Source of the DNA: Eledone cirrhosa
Lineage: Eukaryota
Assembly (NCBI GenBank): GCA_964016885.1
Contig: OZ024746.1
Span: forward strand, 97,526,001 to 97,590,000
DNA length: 64,000 nucleotides
Reading direction: 5' to 3'
A program made the translations under genes and the position numbers. The notes under the pieces are model-generated. The model saw nothing but the letters and a program-made list of their open reading frames with translations, was not told the origin of the DNA and made no database searches. Positions 1-12,933 of the stretch are shown here, piece after piece. Each line of letters begins with the position of its first letter. Positions within the stretch are counted from its first letter, which is position 1.

Positions 1-1775
1 CTTGCCCGGGGTCTACTCCTGGGTCTTCTGCTAGTTGGTTTTGTCCATAAAATCTGTCCAGCAATTCTTTCCTGAGACATTCTAACCACATGTCCATAGT
101 ATCAGAGCTGTGATCTCTCAATTCAGAGAAGTAATGGCTCTACCAGGAGTGACTCTCCGGTGATTCTTTCCTGAGACATTCTAACCACATGTCCATAGTA
201 TCAGAGCTGTGATCTCTCAATTCGGAGAAGTAATGGCTCTACCAGGAGTGACTCTCCAGTGATTCTTTCCTGAGATATTCTAACCATATGTCCATAGTAT
301 CAGAGCTGTGATCTCTCAATTCGGAGAAGTAATGGCTCTACCAGGAGTGACTCTCCAGTGATTCTTTCCTGAGATATTCTAACCATATGTCCATAGTATC
401 AGAGCTGTGATCTCTCAATTCGGAGAAGTAATGGCTCTACCAGGAGTGACTCTCCAGTGATTCTTTCCTGAGATATTCTAACCATATGTCCATAGTATCA
501 GAGCTGTGATCTCTCAATTCGGAGAAGTAATGGCTCTACCTGGAGTGACTCTCCAGTGATTCTTTCCTGAGATATTCTAACCATATGTCCATAGTATCAG
601 AGCTGTGATCCCTCAATTCAGAGAAGCAGTGGCTCTACCTGTAGTGACTCTCCAGCAATTCTTTCCTGAGACATTCTAACCATATGTCCATAGTATCAGA
701 GCTGTGATCTCTTAATTTGGAGAAGTAGTGGCTCTACCAGGAGTGACTCTCCAGCAATTCTTTCCTGAGACATTCTAACCATATGTCCATAGTATCAGAG
801 CTGTGATCTCTCAATTCGGAGAAGTAATGGCTCTACCAGGAGTGACTCTCCAGTGATTCTTTCCTGAGACATTCTAACCACATGTCCATAGTATCAGAGC
901 TGTGATCTCTCAATTCGGAGAAGTAATGGCTCTACCAGGAGTGACTCTCCAGTGATTCTTTCCTGAGATATTCTAACCATATGTCCATAGTATCAGAGCT
1001 GTGATCTCTCAATTCGGAGAAGTAATGGCTCTACCAGGAGTGACTCTCCAGTGATTCTTTCCTGAGATATTCTAACCATATGTCCATAGTATCAGAGCTG
1101 TGATCTCTCAATTCGGAGAAGTAATGGCTCTACCTGGAGTGACTCTCCAGTGATTCTTTCCTGAGATATTCTAACCATATGTCCATAGTATCAGAGCTGT
1201 GATCCCTCAATTCAGAGAAGCAGTGGCTCTACCTGTAGTGACTCTCCAGCAATTCTTTCCTGAGACATTCTAACCATATGTCCATAGTATCAGAGCTGTG
1301 ATCTCTTAATTTGGAGAAGTAGTGGCTCTACCAGGAGTGACTCTCCAGCAATTCTTTCCTGAGACATTCTAACCATATGTCCATAGTATCAGAGCTGTGA
1401 TCTCTCAATTCGGAGAAGTAATGGCTCTACCAGGAGTGACTCTCCAGTGATTCTTTCCTGAGACATTCTAACCACATGTCCATAGTATCAGAGCTGTGAT
1501 CTCTCAATTCAGAGAAGCAGTGGCTCTACCTGTAGTGACTCTCCAGTGATTCTTTCCTGAGATATTCTAACCACATGCCCATAGTATCAGAGCTGTGATC
1601 TCTCAATTCAGAGAAGTAGCGGCTCTACCTGGAGTGACTCTCCAGTGATTCTTTCCTGAAACATTCTAACCACATGCCCATAGTATCAGAGCTGTGATCT
1701 CTCAATTCAGAGAAGTAGCGGCTCTACTTTGAGTGACTCTCTGATCTCCGAGCTATGCATTCTATCGAGTAATGA
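1..1775 (-). mobile_element. RTE-clade (Rex3/Expander-like) LINE C-terminal fragment containing a 99-bp tandem amplification
   Basis: Minus-strand translation gives LLDRMHSSEIRESL..VEPLLLRIERSQL*YYGHVVRMSQERIAGQILWTKPTSRRPRSRPRA, the LRW.GH..RM / RPRGRP motifs of RTE ORF C-termini. Element runs off the window start. Confidence 0.85.
61..1742. repeat. 99-bp tandem array, about 17 copies, with a 594-bp higher-order duplication
   Basis: Unit starts at 61, 160, ...; rare variants gatccctcaa (607, 1201) and cttaatttgg (711, 1305) both recur at 594 bp = 6 units. Confidence 0.95.
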
Positions 1776-1849
1776 AGATATATGATGCCTCTGAATAAAA
1801 TTCTATGAACTACAGCTTTGTTCCTCACAACTCCCATCGACGGGTGTAG

Positions 1850-2070
1850 AAATTTATTTGTGCTCTCAGCTGGGCTATTTAGTTTTATGATGGTTAGAAT
1901 TTATTAATTTAATACCTGTATGTCTAACTTTTCAATTCCAATTACTTGCACTAACCTAACTTTGATATGTGAAATTGGGGGGGGTTTACTGTGTATTTTA
2001 ATCTTTTTGTGTATGAGGGGACACCAAACTTGAAGTGCCCTGGGCCTGACAAGGTCTAAATCTGACCCTG
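1850..2070 (+). mobile_element. partial hAT-type MITE (same family as 11752-12016)
   Basis: Shares body (ctgggct..tttagtttt..gatggttagaattt..aatacctgtatg) and the ...gaccctg end with the TSD-flanked copies. Confidence 0.7.
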
Positions 2071-2718
2071 GTACTGGATGCGTTTTATTGGGGCTCTGTC
2101 ACTACCTTCTGACAGGTTGGAGTAGGTGGGCATTTTTTATCACACCAGCACTATCACTTTACAGTGTGGACTGGGTGCATTTTATTATGGCACTGGTATA
2201 TTAACTCTAAGGTTTAAATCCAGCCCTGGGTACAAGCACATACATCTGTGAAATCCTCAGCCATTTGCATATTAATTCTGGACATGCAGTTTATTAAATA
2301 CCTGAATGTCCATTATCAAAACTGACCAGTCACCTTTCATCTTGTATATACATAGTGACTGACAGTTGTGAATAACAAAGGTTAACTTAGAGTCTACTTG
2401 AGATGTATACAATTTAGCTAATTTGATGGTGAACATGTATAATGATGACGAGGAGAATTAATTAACAATACGAGTCTCAGAAGTCCAACAAAAGCAACTT
2501 AATTGTCATGTCTAATATGACAGAGAATTTAATATATTCTACAACGAATGTTTAGATAGAAGATATAAAGAGCAGAAGATTAAATATTTGAAAGAGTGAA
2601 CAGTTGAACAGTAACATATTCTCAAATGAAGTTGAATCACGGAACCACTAGAAACTAAAGACTGCTTGGTTGGATTAGATAATAAGGTATTCATATTATT
2701 ATAACTGTGGTGAAGGCA

Positions 2719-2904
2719 GTGGATTGGCAGAATCGATAGAGGGTCGGACGCCATCTTTTCAGCATAGTTACGTCCTTTTACGGTCTGAGTTCAAATCCCA
2801 TTCAGGTTAACTTTGCCTCTCATCCTTACGGGGGTCGATAAAATAAAGTACCAGTAATGTACTGGGTAATTGCTGGCCTTGTGCCAAAAGTAGAAACAAT
2901 TATT
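2719..2904 (+). mobile_element. tRNA-headed SINE family 1 (Deu/Nin-like central domain), about 185 bp, representative copy
   Basis: tggattggcagtatc..gagttcaaatccc (B-box-like)..ctttgcctttcatccttacggggtcgataaaataaagtaccag..agaaacaattatta. Other copies at about 12760-12912(-), 14095-14195(+), 14307-14492(-), 27990-28173(+), 35987-36345(+), 43090-43278(+), 47047-47235(-), 49150-49320(-), 49895-50280(-), 51232-51417(-), 54445-54655(-). Confidence 0.8.
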
Positions 2905-3164
2905 AGAGTTTAACCTTTCAGTTACCAACCCAGCCAAAACCAGCCCCGGTTCTATGAAATAAAACCACCCATTTCAAAGATTTTCATTTTAAATTATGAT
3001 CTTCCAACATGATTTTCTATAAGAACCTTCCATTAAGTTCCTATCTTAGTAGCAAATTAATAATTTTAATAAATCCTGCAATTTATTTATGCTGTATTCA
3101 GTCATCTTTAATGATTCATTCAGTAGCTGCTTGGATGATTGATTGCTTTTGCTGTTGTTGATGA

Positions 3165-3660
3165 TGATGTTGGTGTGGATGATGTTGGTGGTGGTGCTAG
3201 TGGTGGTGTTGATGCTGGTGGTGGTGGTGGTGGTGGTGGTGATGGTGGTGGTGTTGATGCTGGTGGTGGTGGTGGTTGTGGTGGTGGTGATGCTGGTGGT
3301 GGTTGTGGTGGTGGTATTGATGCTGGTGGTGGTGGTGGTGGTGGTGATGCTGATGGTGGAGGTGGTTGTGGTGGTGGTGGTGATGCTGGTGGTGGTGGTG
3401 GTGATTGTGGTGGTGGTTGTGGTGGTATTGATGATGGTGATGGTGCTGGTGGTGGTTGTGGTGGTATTGATGCTGGTGATGGTGGTGGTTGTGGTGATGG
3501 TGGTGGTGGTAATGCTGATGGTGGAGGTGATTGTGGTGATGCTGGTGGTGGTTGTGGTGGTATTGATGCTGGTGGTGGTGGTCGTGCTGATGGTGGTGGT
3601 GGTGGTGGTGGTGGTAATGCTGATGGTGGAGGTGGCTGTGGTGGAGGTGGAGGTGGTAGT
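3165..3660. repeat. compound (GGT)n/(GAT)n microsatellite
   Basis: About 500 bp of GGT interspersed with GAT/GCT/TGT; explains the poly-Gly, poly-Val and poly-His ORFs. Confidence 0.95.
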
Positions 3661-3989
3661 GAATAAAAGTATGAAGCTGTTGATGATAGTAATTAAAACT
3701 AAGATATCTAAATATAACCATATAACCTTATGAGATTAGCATGCAAGTGGATGAACATTCCACATACATGTATACTCTTGATGTAATTCTCAGGGAGATT
3801 CAGCATGACAAAGTATGTGACAAGGCTGGTCCTTCAATTTACAAGTGGTTATACTACCTTTCTACACTGCCCACAACAGGACAACCCGTCTAACCCATGC
3901 TAGCGTGGAAGAACGGACGTAAAACGGTGATGATGATGATGTCAGAGTGCTCTATGTAGGCTAGAGACCTTATTAGTTATGTAATAAAC

Positions 3990-4757
3990 ATGGAAGAAGT
4001 TTAGGGAACTACTACCACTGCTAGCTGCAAAAGGCTTCTCCCTCAAAATGAAAGGCAGACTGTATGATGCGTGTATCCGAACAGCGATGTTGCATGGTAG
4101 TGAGACCTGGGCGCTGAAGGTGGAAGACTTACGTAGATTAGAGAGAAACGAAGCCTTCATGCTCCGATGGAAGTGTAATAGTAATATACGCGAACGACAA
4201 AGCATAAATGAATTGAGAGAGAGACTGAACATAAGAGGAATCAAATGCTGTGTGCAGGAGAGGCGGTTGCATTGGTATGGACATGTCATGCGTATGAAGG
4301 ATGACAGCTGCATAAAAAGGTGCAGAGCACTAGAAGTCGATGGAAACCGCGGAGTGGGGAGACCCAAGATGACCTGGGATGAGGTGATAAAAGCCGACCT
4401 TACCCAATTACACCTCTCAAAGGCGATGACACACGACCGTGACCTCTGGCGTCACACAGTAATACAGAGTACCCGACCTCCCATGGGTACAAGCTGAAGC
4501 ATATAGACAATATGCCCCCCCCCCCCCCACTGCAAGGTGGTCGTGGAGGTGCCACGGCAAAAAAGCACCCAGCCCACACTGTAAATGAGGTTGGTGTTAG
4601 GAAGGGCATCCAGCTGTAGAAATCAAGCCAAATCAGTTCCTGTATGAGCAAGGCATATGTCAGCCGACCAGACACTGCCCACAACAGGACAACCCGTCTA
4701 ACCCATGCTAGCATGGAAGAACGGACGTAAAACGGTGATGATGATGATGATGATGAC
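3990..4757 (+). mobile_element. RTE LINE 3' fragment (subfamily A) with 3' UTR and (GAT)n tail
   Basis: WKKFRELLPLL..MKGRLYDACIRTAMLHGSETW..LHWYGHVMRM..GRPKMTW; nearly identical to 57790-58580. Confidence 0.92.
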
Positions 4758-5715
4758 AGAGGGAGAAATTACTGAAAATGATATTTTCCCCTATATTACC
4801 TATATAAGATATCTGCCGACTGATCTAACTTTACCTTTTAATACAACTGTCACTCGCAATAACAATAAAAAGTACTATGGAATCCGGTAACTGAGTGTAT
4901 TTTCAAATGAAAAATTAATATGTGATGGTTTGAAAAATAAATGTGATAAATAAATAATTTCTAAATTTAATTAAAAAAAAAAACCCACAGATGTTAAAAT
5001 ATAAATCTCTGAAATTGAATAAATGATCAAATCTCAGAGAAGAAATCTGTAGAAGTATCTTATCATGCAATCTTAGCAATGACAGATCAATAGAATGATA
5101 GATCAATAGAACGACAGATTTACTATTTATTTATGCAAAATAATTTTATGTATTTATTTATTTATCTAATATTTAATGCTTTTTTTTTGGGGGGGGGGGG
5201 GGGGGGCTTTTTTTTTTACAAATCTACACTTTGAACTTTTTTCTTGTTTGACTCATTAAAGTAACTAACTGTTAGGATGATTGATTGGTGGTGGTGGTGG
5301 TGACAGTGGTGGTGTTGGTGGTGGTGGTGGTGGTTGTGGTGGTGGTGGTTGTGGTGGTGGTGCTGGTGAATAAATGTATGAAACTGTTGATGATAGTAAT
5401 GACAATAAGGATATCTGGAATCAACCATATAACCTTACAAAATTAACATGCAAGTGGTTCAGCATTCCACATATATGTATACACTTGATGTAATTTTCAG
5501 GGAGATTCAGCATGACAAAGTATTGTACCTGGCTGGTCCTTTGATTTACAAAGTACAACTCATTTTTTTCCTATCTTTGTGGAATAAAGTGTGTTGCTCA
5601 AGGGCATCACCAAGCGTTAGACACATGGCCTTATGGAATGACAGATCACTAGAAAGACAAATTTATTATTTATTTATGCAAAATACTCTTAAGTATTTAT
5701 TTTTTTCTAATTTAC

Positions 5716-8700
5716 TGGTGGCTCGCCTGACAGAGGTAACTGGTGATGCTTATGAAGGTGCTTGGCTGTTCCAGTGTTTCAGCCTCGCCATCACCCAATA
5801 TAATGCTGCGAGTGTGTTGGCTTGCCTCAAAAATTATTAGGGAGGTTTCCCAGTGCTCCTCGCGATATTGTTATCTTTTGCTCTGGCAGCGGTTTGTTTG
5901 TCCACTCCTTTCGCCTGCCTTTTGTTGTATGCGGTCCTAGATATGGTATTACCTGATTGTGTGTTGTATGTGGTCCTAGTTATGGTATTACCTGATTGTG
6001 TGTTGTATGTGGTCCTAGATGTGTGTATTACCTGCTTGTGTGTTGTATGTGATCCTAGATATGGTATTACCTGCTTGTGTGTTGTATGTGGTCCTAGATG
6101 TGTGTATTACCTGCTTGTGTGTTGTATGTGGTCCTAGATGAATGTATTACCTGCTTGTGTGTTGTATGTGGTCCTAGATGTGTGTATTACCTGATTGTGT
6201 GTTGTATGTGGTCCTAGAAGTGTGTATTACCTGCTTGTGTGTTGTATGTGGTCCTAGATGTGTGTATTACCTGATTGTGTGTTGTATGTGGTCCTAGAAG
6301 TGTGTATTACCTGCTTGTGTGTTGTATGTGGTCCTAGATGTGTGTATTACCTGATTGTGTATTGTATGTGGTCCTAGATGTGGTATTACCTGCTTGTATG
6401 TTGTATGTGGTCCTAGATGTGTGTATTACCTGATTGTGTGTTGTATGTGGTCCTAGATGTGTGTATTACCTGATTGTGTGTTGTATGTGGTCCTAGAAGT
6501 GTGTATTACCTGCTTGTGTGTTGTATGTGGTCCTAGATGTGTATTACCTGCTTGTGTGTTGTATGTGGTCCTAGATGTGTATTACCTGCTTGTGTGTTGT
6601 ATGTGGTCCTAGATGTGTGTATTACCTGCTTGTGTGTTGTATGTGGTCCTAGATGTGTGTATTACCTGATTGTGTGTTGTATGTTGTCCTAGATGTGTGT
6701 ATTACCTGCTTGTGTGTTGTATGTGGTCCTAGATGTGTGTATTACCTGCTTGTGTGTTGTATGTGGTCCTAGATGTGTGTATTACCTGATTGTGTGTTGT
6801 ATGTTGTCCTAGATGTGTGTATTACCTGCTTGTGTGTTGTATGTGGTCCTAGATGTGTGTATTACCTGCTTGTGTGTTGTATGTGGTCCTAGAAGTGTGT
6901 ATTACCTGCTTGTGTGTTGTATGTGGTCCTAGAAGTGTGTATTACCTGCTTGTGTGTTGTATGTGGTCCTAGATGTGTGTATTACCTGCTTGTGTGTTGT
7001 ATGTCATCCTAGATGTGTGTATTACCTGCTTGTGTATTGTATGTGATCCTAGATGTGTGTATTACCTGCTTTGTGTTGTATGTGGTCCTAGATGTGTATT
7101 ACCTGCTAGTGTGTTGTATGTTGTCCTAGATGTGTGTATTACCTGCTTGTGTGTTGTATTACCTGCTTGTGTGTTGTATGTGGTCCTAGAAGTGTGTATT
7201 ACCTGCTTGTGTGTTGTATGTGGTCCTAGATGTGTGTATTACCTGCTTGTGTGTTGTATGTGGTCCTAGATGACTGTATTACCTGCTTACGTGTTATATT
7301 TGGTCCTAGATGTGTGTATTACCTGCTTGTGTGTTGTATGTGGTCCTAGATGTGTGTATTACCTGCTTGTGTGTTGTATATGGTTCTAGATGTATGTATT
7401 ACCTGCTTGTGTGTTGTATGTGGTTCTAGATGTATGTATTACCTGCTTACGTGTTATATTTGGTCCTAGATGTGTGTATTACCTGCTTGTGTGTTGTATG
7501 TGGTCCTAGATGTGTGTATTACCTGCTTGTGTGTTGTATGTGGTCCTAGATGTATGTATTACCTGCTTGTGTGTTGCATGTAGTCCTAGATGTGGTATTA
7601 CCTGCTTGTGTGTTGTATGTGGTCCTAAATGTGTGTATTACCTGCTTGTGTGTTGTATGTGGTCCTTGATGTGTGTATTACCTGCTTGTGTGTTGCATGT
7701 GGTCCTAGATGTATGTATTACCTGCTTGTGTGTTGTATATGGTCCTAGATGTATGTATTACCTGCTTGCATGTTGTATGTGGTCCTAGATATATGTATTT
7801 CCTGCTTGTGTGTCGTATGTTGTCCTAGATGTTTGTATTACCTGTTTGTGTGTTGTATGTGGTCCTAGATGTTTGTATTACCTGCTTGTGTGTTGTATGT
7901 GGTCCTAGATGTGTGTATTACCTGCTTGTGTGTTGTATGTGGTCCTAGATGTGTATTACCTGCTTGTGTTGTGTATGTGGTCCTAGATGACTGTATTATC
8001 TGCTTGTGTGTTGTATGTGGTCCTAGATGACTGTATTATCTGCTTGTGTGTTGTATGTGGTCCTAGATTACTGTATTACCTGCTTGTGTGTTGTATGTGG
8101 TCTTAGATGTGTGAATTACCTGCTTGTGTGTTGTATGTGGTCCTAGATGTGTGTATTGCGTGCTTGCATGTTTATGTGGTACTAGATGTGTGTATTACCT
8201 GCTTGTGTGTTGTATGTGGTCCTAGATGTGTGTATTACCTGCTTGTGTGTTGTATGTGTTCCTAGACGTGCGTATTACCTGCTTGTGTGTTGTATGTGGT
8301 CCTATATGTGTGTAATACTTGCTTGTCTGCTGTATGTGGTCCTAGATGTATGTATTACCTGCTTGTGTTGTGTATGTGGTCCTAGATGTGTGTATTACCT
8401 GCTTGTGCGCTGTATGTGGTCCTAGATGTGTGTATTACCTGCTTGTGTTGTGTATGTGGTCCTAGATGTGTGTATTACCTACTTGTGTGCTGTATGTGGT
8501 CCTAGATGTGTGTATTACCTGCTTGTGTTGTGTATGTGGTCCTAGATGTGTGTATCACTTGCTGGTGTGCTGTATGTGGTCCTAGATGCATGTATTACCA
8601 GCTTATGTGTTGTATGTAGTCTTAGATGTATGTATTACCTGGTTGTGTTGTGTATGTCGCCCTAGATGTGTGTATAACCTGCTGGTTTGTTTTGTTTTTT

Positions 8701-8810
8701 AAATGTTTTCTCTTTTTTTTTTCCTTTCCCTTTTCTTTCTATTTTTGCTCCTATTTGTAACATTATGTTGAATGTTATGCCTTAATAGAATTTGTAAGGA
8801 TAAAAAAAAA
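5716..8810 (+). mobile_element. CRE-clade (RLE-type) non-LTR retrotransposon 3' fragment with minisatellite-expanded 3' UTR and A-tail
   Basis: LVARLTEVTGDAYEGAWLFQCFSLAITQYNAASVLACL* matches the CRE C-terminal motif (..TGD.....L.QR.S.A.Q..NA..); followed by the 40-bp array, a T-rich UTR and an A-run at about 8802-8810. Confidence 0.7.
5925..8685. repeat. 40-bp minisatellite, about 68 copies
   Basis: Consensus atgtggtcctagatgtgtgtattacctgcttgtgtgttgt; copies more diverged at both ends. Confidence 0.97.
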
Positions 8811-9397
8811 TGTAATGCAATTTCTTTTTTTAATTTTAAACTTTGAACATTTTCCTGTTTGATTCACTAACTGTTTGGGTTATTAATTGCTTTTGCTGCT
8901 CTAGATGCTGATAATGATGATAGTGGTGTTGAATAAACCAATGAAGCTGCTAATGAAAGTAATGACAACTTGGAAATTAAACTTACTTCAAATACATGGA
9001 GTTTATATCCCTTTATCTACAAAATCCAAGGGAAGCAACTGCTAACAGCTACAAATTTCATTAAAAAAATTTAAGACGGCCAAATATATTTGAGAGATTT
9101 CTCAATTATATCGATCCTAGAACTTGATTGATATTTATTTTATTGAGCCCAGAAGGATGAAAGTGACAGTTGACCTAGTGATCAATAATCTCTGAATATG
9201 AATATTTATATATATGTATGTAAGTGTGAGTGTGGTGTAGTGTGTGTGTGGTGTTGTGTGTGTGTGTGGTGAAGTGTGTGTGTGGTGAAGTGTGTGTATG
9301 TGAGTGTGTGTAAATCATCACCATTTAACGTCTATTTTCCCACTATATATATATATATATTATTTAATATAGGCTTCCTTCAATATACATGCAGTTG

Positions 9398-9460
<63 letters not shown>

Positions 9461-9574
9461 CTTGTATGTATGTGTATATATATGTGTATGTATGTTGTGT
9501 ATATATATATATATATATATATGTCAGGTCCCTCTTGAGTGCTACTGGTAACATATAACCCAGTACAACCTGTC

Positions 9575-9730
9575 TCATGGTCAGGTATTCAGCGACTAAA
9601 CCGGCAACCCCACCAACCTAGCAGCCGGATCAGTTGGAGATGGTTGCTTCTGGCAGGACCCGCTGGAAGGAGTGTTTCAGAACTCTGCTCCGATGACCCT
9701 CTCAGGAATATGTGGGCAAAGAAAAAGAAG
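9575..9730 (+). mobile_element. RTE (Rex3-like) extreme 3' fragment
   Basis: DQLEMVASGRTRWKECFRTLLR; homologous to the reverse complement of 24100-24200. Confidence 0.65.
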
Positions 9731-9775
9731 GGTCTATGAATATTATTTTTCATCTTTTAATGGCTTCCGTCCACA

Positions 9776-10258
9776 GCTTCAAGGTGCCCCAAGCTTTATA
9801 TAGCTTAGGGCTTCAAGGTGCCCCAAGCTTTATATAGCTTAGGGCTTCAAGGTGCCCCAAGCTTTATATAGCTTAGGGCTTCAAGGTGCCCCAAGCTTTA
9901 TATAGCTTAGGGCTTCAAGGTGCCCCAAGCTTTATATAGCTTAGGGCTTCAAGGTGCCCCAAGCTTTATATAGCTTAGGGCTTCAAGGTGCCCCAAGCTT
10001 TATATAGCTTAGGGCTTCAAGGTGCCCCAAGCTTTATATAGCTTAGGGCTTCAAGGTGCCCCAAGCTTTATATAGCTTAGGGCTTCAAGGTGCTCCAAGC
10101 TTTATATAGCTTAGGGCTTCAAGGTGCTCCAAGCTTTATATAGCTTAGGGCTTCAAGGTGCTCCAAGCTTTATATAGCTTAGGGCTTCAAGGTGCCCCAA
10201 GCTTTATATAGCTTAGGGCTTCAAGGTGCCCCAAGCTTTATATAGCTTAGGGCTTCAA
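9776..10258. repeat. 34-bp tandem array, about 14 near-identical copies
   Basis: Unit gcttcaaggtgccccaagctttatatagcttagg; internal quasi-palindrome ccc-aagct..agctt-aggg. Confidence 0.97.
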
Positions 10259-10956
10259 ATGCAGTAATACTGTGATTTTGTTGACTTGTTTCAAATTTTA
10301 TTAGAGAGAAGCTTCAGCATCACTTGTTGCAGCATGTAACTGTGTGTGCACATTGGAACCACATTTTTTTCCTGCTCGTGTTTACCTTCTAGAGGAACCA
10401 CATTTACAGTGTGAACTGGGTGCTTTTTATCATGACACCAAAATGACCGCTTTTAGCTGTGAGGACACTGCATCCTTCAAAACTTCCATGCTACACCTGA
10501 TATTCCCCCTCTATACACATGCACACATGTGTCTGTGTGTGTGTGTGTCATGACTCATATACTGTTCACTTTCCTGACATTTATACATTATTCTATGTAC
10601 TATACATGCACCTTTGATGAGTTGTAGTGCACCTGAGCACTGTACACACAACAATTTTCATTCATTGTTATTATTATTATAGAGGAAATGTAAACTATCT
10701 GTAGCTGAATGGTTGATATATCAGGTGCACTATTCCATACAATTACACTCTGTGAACCATTTATTGTTGTCTTATCAAGTGTGTCTTGTCCCAGAAATCT
10801 ATTAGATAACTCTTATTATTTCTGTTACTGATATTTATGGATTGTAGGTAGAAATGATTGATTGCTAGATAACATTTCCTTCTGATGTAACCAGTTATCT
10901 CCCTTTATCTTCTTCAATTTTTTTTTCTAGGATTGATAAAAGAAAAGGTTGTATTC

Positions 10957-10988
<32 letters not shown>

Positions 10989-11539
10989 TCTTACAAAAAT
11001 AATCAAAAATCGGCTTTGATACTGTGAAACAAAACCAGCTATTTTAAAGGTTTTCAATTTAAATCAAAATCTTACAACATAATTTTATATAAGAACCTTA
11101 CATTAAGTTACTATCTTTGTAATGAAATAATTGATAATTTTAGTAAATCCCTCAAAATTCTTCATTAACTAATTGAAATAGTGTGTATTTCATTAGAAAT
11201 ATGGACATGAAAGGGTTTACAATTTGCAGTCAGAAAGTAATCAGAGGAAAAAAAGCTAAAGAAAGAAAACAGTAAGCAGGGAAAAAAAACCTATCAAAAC
11301 ACATGGGAGAAGACAGACACATTCAATTATATGCCTCAACAGGGACTGCTGGAGTTTCTCTTAAGTGATAGCAAGGCTAAGGTGCTGGTAAAAAATGCTA
11401 AGCTCCATCATAAGTATCACCAGTTATGATGGAAAGGCAAGTTACTAAAACTGGCAAGAAACACGTTGTCAGTGGAACAGCTCTTCTAAATGTCTGAAAG
11501 TTGACAGGCTGGAAAAAATATTATAATAATTATATATAA

Positions 11540-11710
11540 TAACCACACTGTAAACGTGGTTGGTCTTAGGAAGGGCATCCAGCCGTAGAAAACCTGCCAG
11601 ACAGACCCATACGAGCGAGACCACCAATCTTGACTCAAATGGGACAATTCCTGTGTAAACCCAAGCTAGTGTGGAAGATAGACGTAAAACGATGATGATG
11701 ATGATGATGA
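11540..11710 (+). mobile_element. RTE 3' UTR/tail fragment (subfamily C-like)
   Basis: ggaagggcatccagccgtagaaaacctgccagacag..cccaagctagtgtggaagatagacgtaaaac(gat)n; similar to 41590-41752. Confidence 0.75.
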
Positions 11711-11751
11711 ATTCCTGATAGAATATGCTCAAATGAAATACTAGTGGGAGG

Positions 11752-12016
11752 CAGGGCTGGATTTAATGTGTGCCAAGTGCCCAGCGATGGCTGTAGCAAT
11801 TTATTTGTGCCCTGCTGGGCTTTTTAGTTTTAGGATGGTTAGAATTTTTGAATTTAATACCTGTATGATAACTTTTCAATTCCAATTACTTGCGTCAAGC
11901 TATATTTTGATATGTAAAATTGGGGGGGGGGGGCTGAGTATTCTAATTTTTTGGTGTATGAGGGGGTCATCCCAAACCTGAAGTACCCCACCCCACAAAG
12001 TCAAAATTGAACCCTG
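11752..12016 (+). mobile_element. hAT-type MITE with 8-bp TSD
   Basis: Ends cagggctgg.. / ..gaaccctg; perfect TSD gtgggagg at 11744-11751 and 12017-12024. Confidence 0.88.
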
Positions 12017-12054
12017 GTGGGAGGGGAGATAAAGCCATCAATTTAATGCATTAC

Positions 12055-12350
12055 TAACCCCCCTTTTGAAGTTTTGGAGGATACAGTGTTTTGACTGCTA
12101 ACAACTGATCCAGGGAGTTTGTTCCATGCTTCAGCAACTTTGAGTGTGAAAAACTGTTTCCAAACGTCATGGGAGCTGTGCTGTTTTCTGGCTTTATAAA
12201 CATGCCTACGGTTGTTAGACACATGGAACTCAAAGAGGTGCTCAGGGATGTTGTCAGCAAGATGGTTAATAAATCAGTTGACAGATGTCAGAGCTTTAAT
12301 GTATCCATGCCCAGGAGGCCTTACTGAAATATCAGGTGATGCAAGTGAGG
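12055..12350 (-). mobile_element. CR1-like LINE C-terminal fragment
   Basis: Minus frame RRHVYKARKQHSSHDVWKQFFTLKVAEAWNKLPGSVV resembles the CR1 RGH..K..FF..RV...WN.LP..VV end. Confidence 0.7.
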
Positions 12351-12361
12351 ATGCTTAGCCT

Positions 12362-12652
12362 CACTATCATCATCATCATTTCATTTTACATCCGCCTTTC
12401 CCTGCTTGCAAGGGTGGGACGGGAACTGATTCTGGCTTGATTTCTACAGTGGGATGCCCTTCCTAACACCAATCTCATTTACAGTGAGTGCTGCGTGATT
12501 TTTTGCCGTGGCACCTCCACGACCACTGAGTAAACTGGAGCAATGTGAAATAAAGTGTCTTGCTCAAGGACACAACACATCACCCGGTCTGAGAATTGAA
12601 CTCACAACCTTTCGATTGCAAGGCTAATGCTCTAACCACTAAGCCATGTGCC
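12362..12652 (-). mobile_element. SINE family 2 (tRNA head + CORE-like domain + RTE tail), short-tail variant
   Basis: Reverse complement starts ggcacatggcttagtggttagagc..gagttcaattc and ends cccgtcccacccttgcaagcaggg..(gat)n. Confidence 0.85.
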
Positions 12653-12933
12653 TCCTATCTTTTCTGTAATTCATAAACATTAACATAAATTTCATATGAT
12701 CATAAATAAGATATTTTATATACTATGGTGATAATAATGATTTATAGTATGGGGACAAATCGATCCCAGTGCATTACTGGTGATTTATTTTATCAATCCT
12801 GTAAGATGAGAGGCAAAGCTAACCTTGGTAGGATTTGAACTCAGAACGCAAAGGGCCATAACTCTGGTGCAAAACATAGTGTCTGACGCTCTACCAATAC
12901 TGCCAATCCATCGACCTATATCAAAGACCCCCT

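Noticed and set aside
3139-3733. Gly-rich, Val-rich and His-rich ORFs resembling structural proteins
   Set aside because: Three frames are open simply because of a (GGT)n tract; the paralogous units have much shorter tracts and there is no splice or start context.
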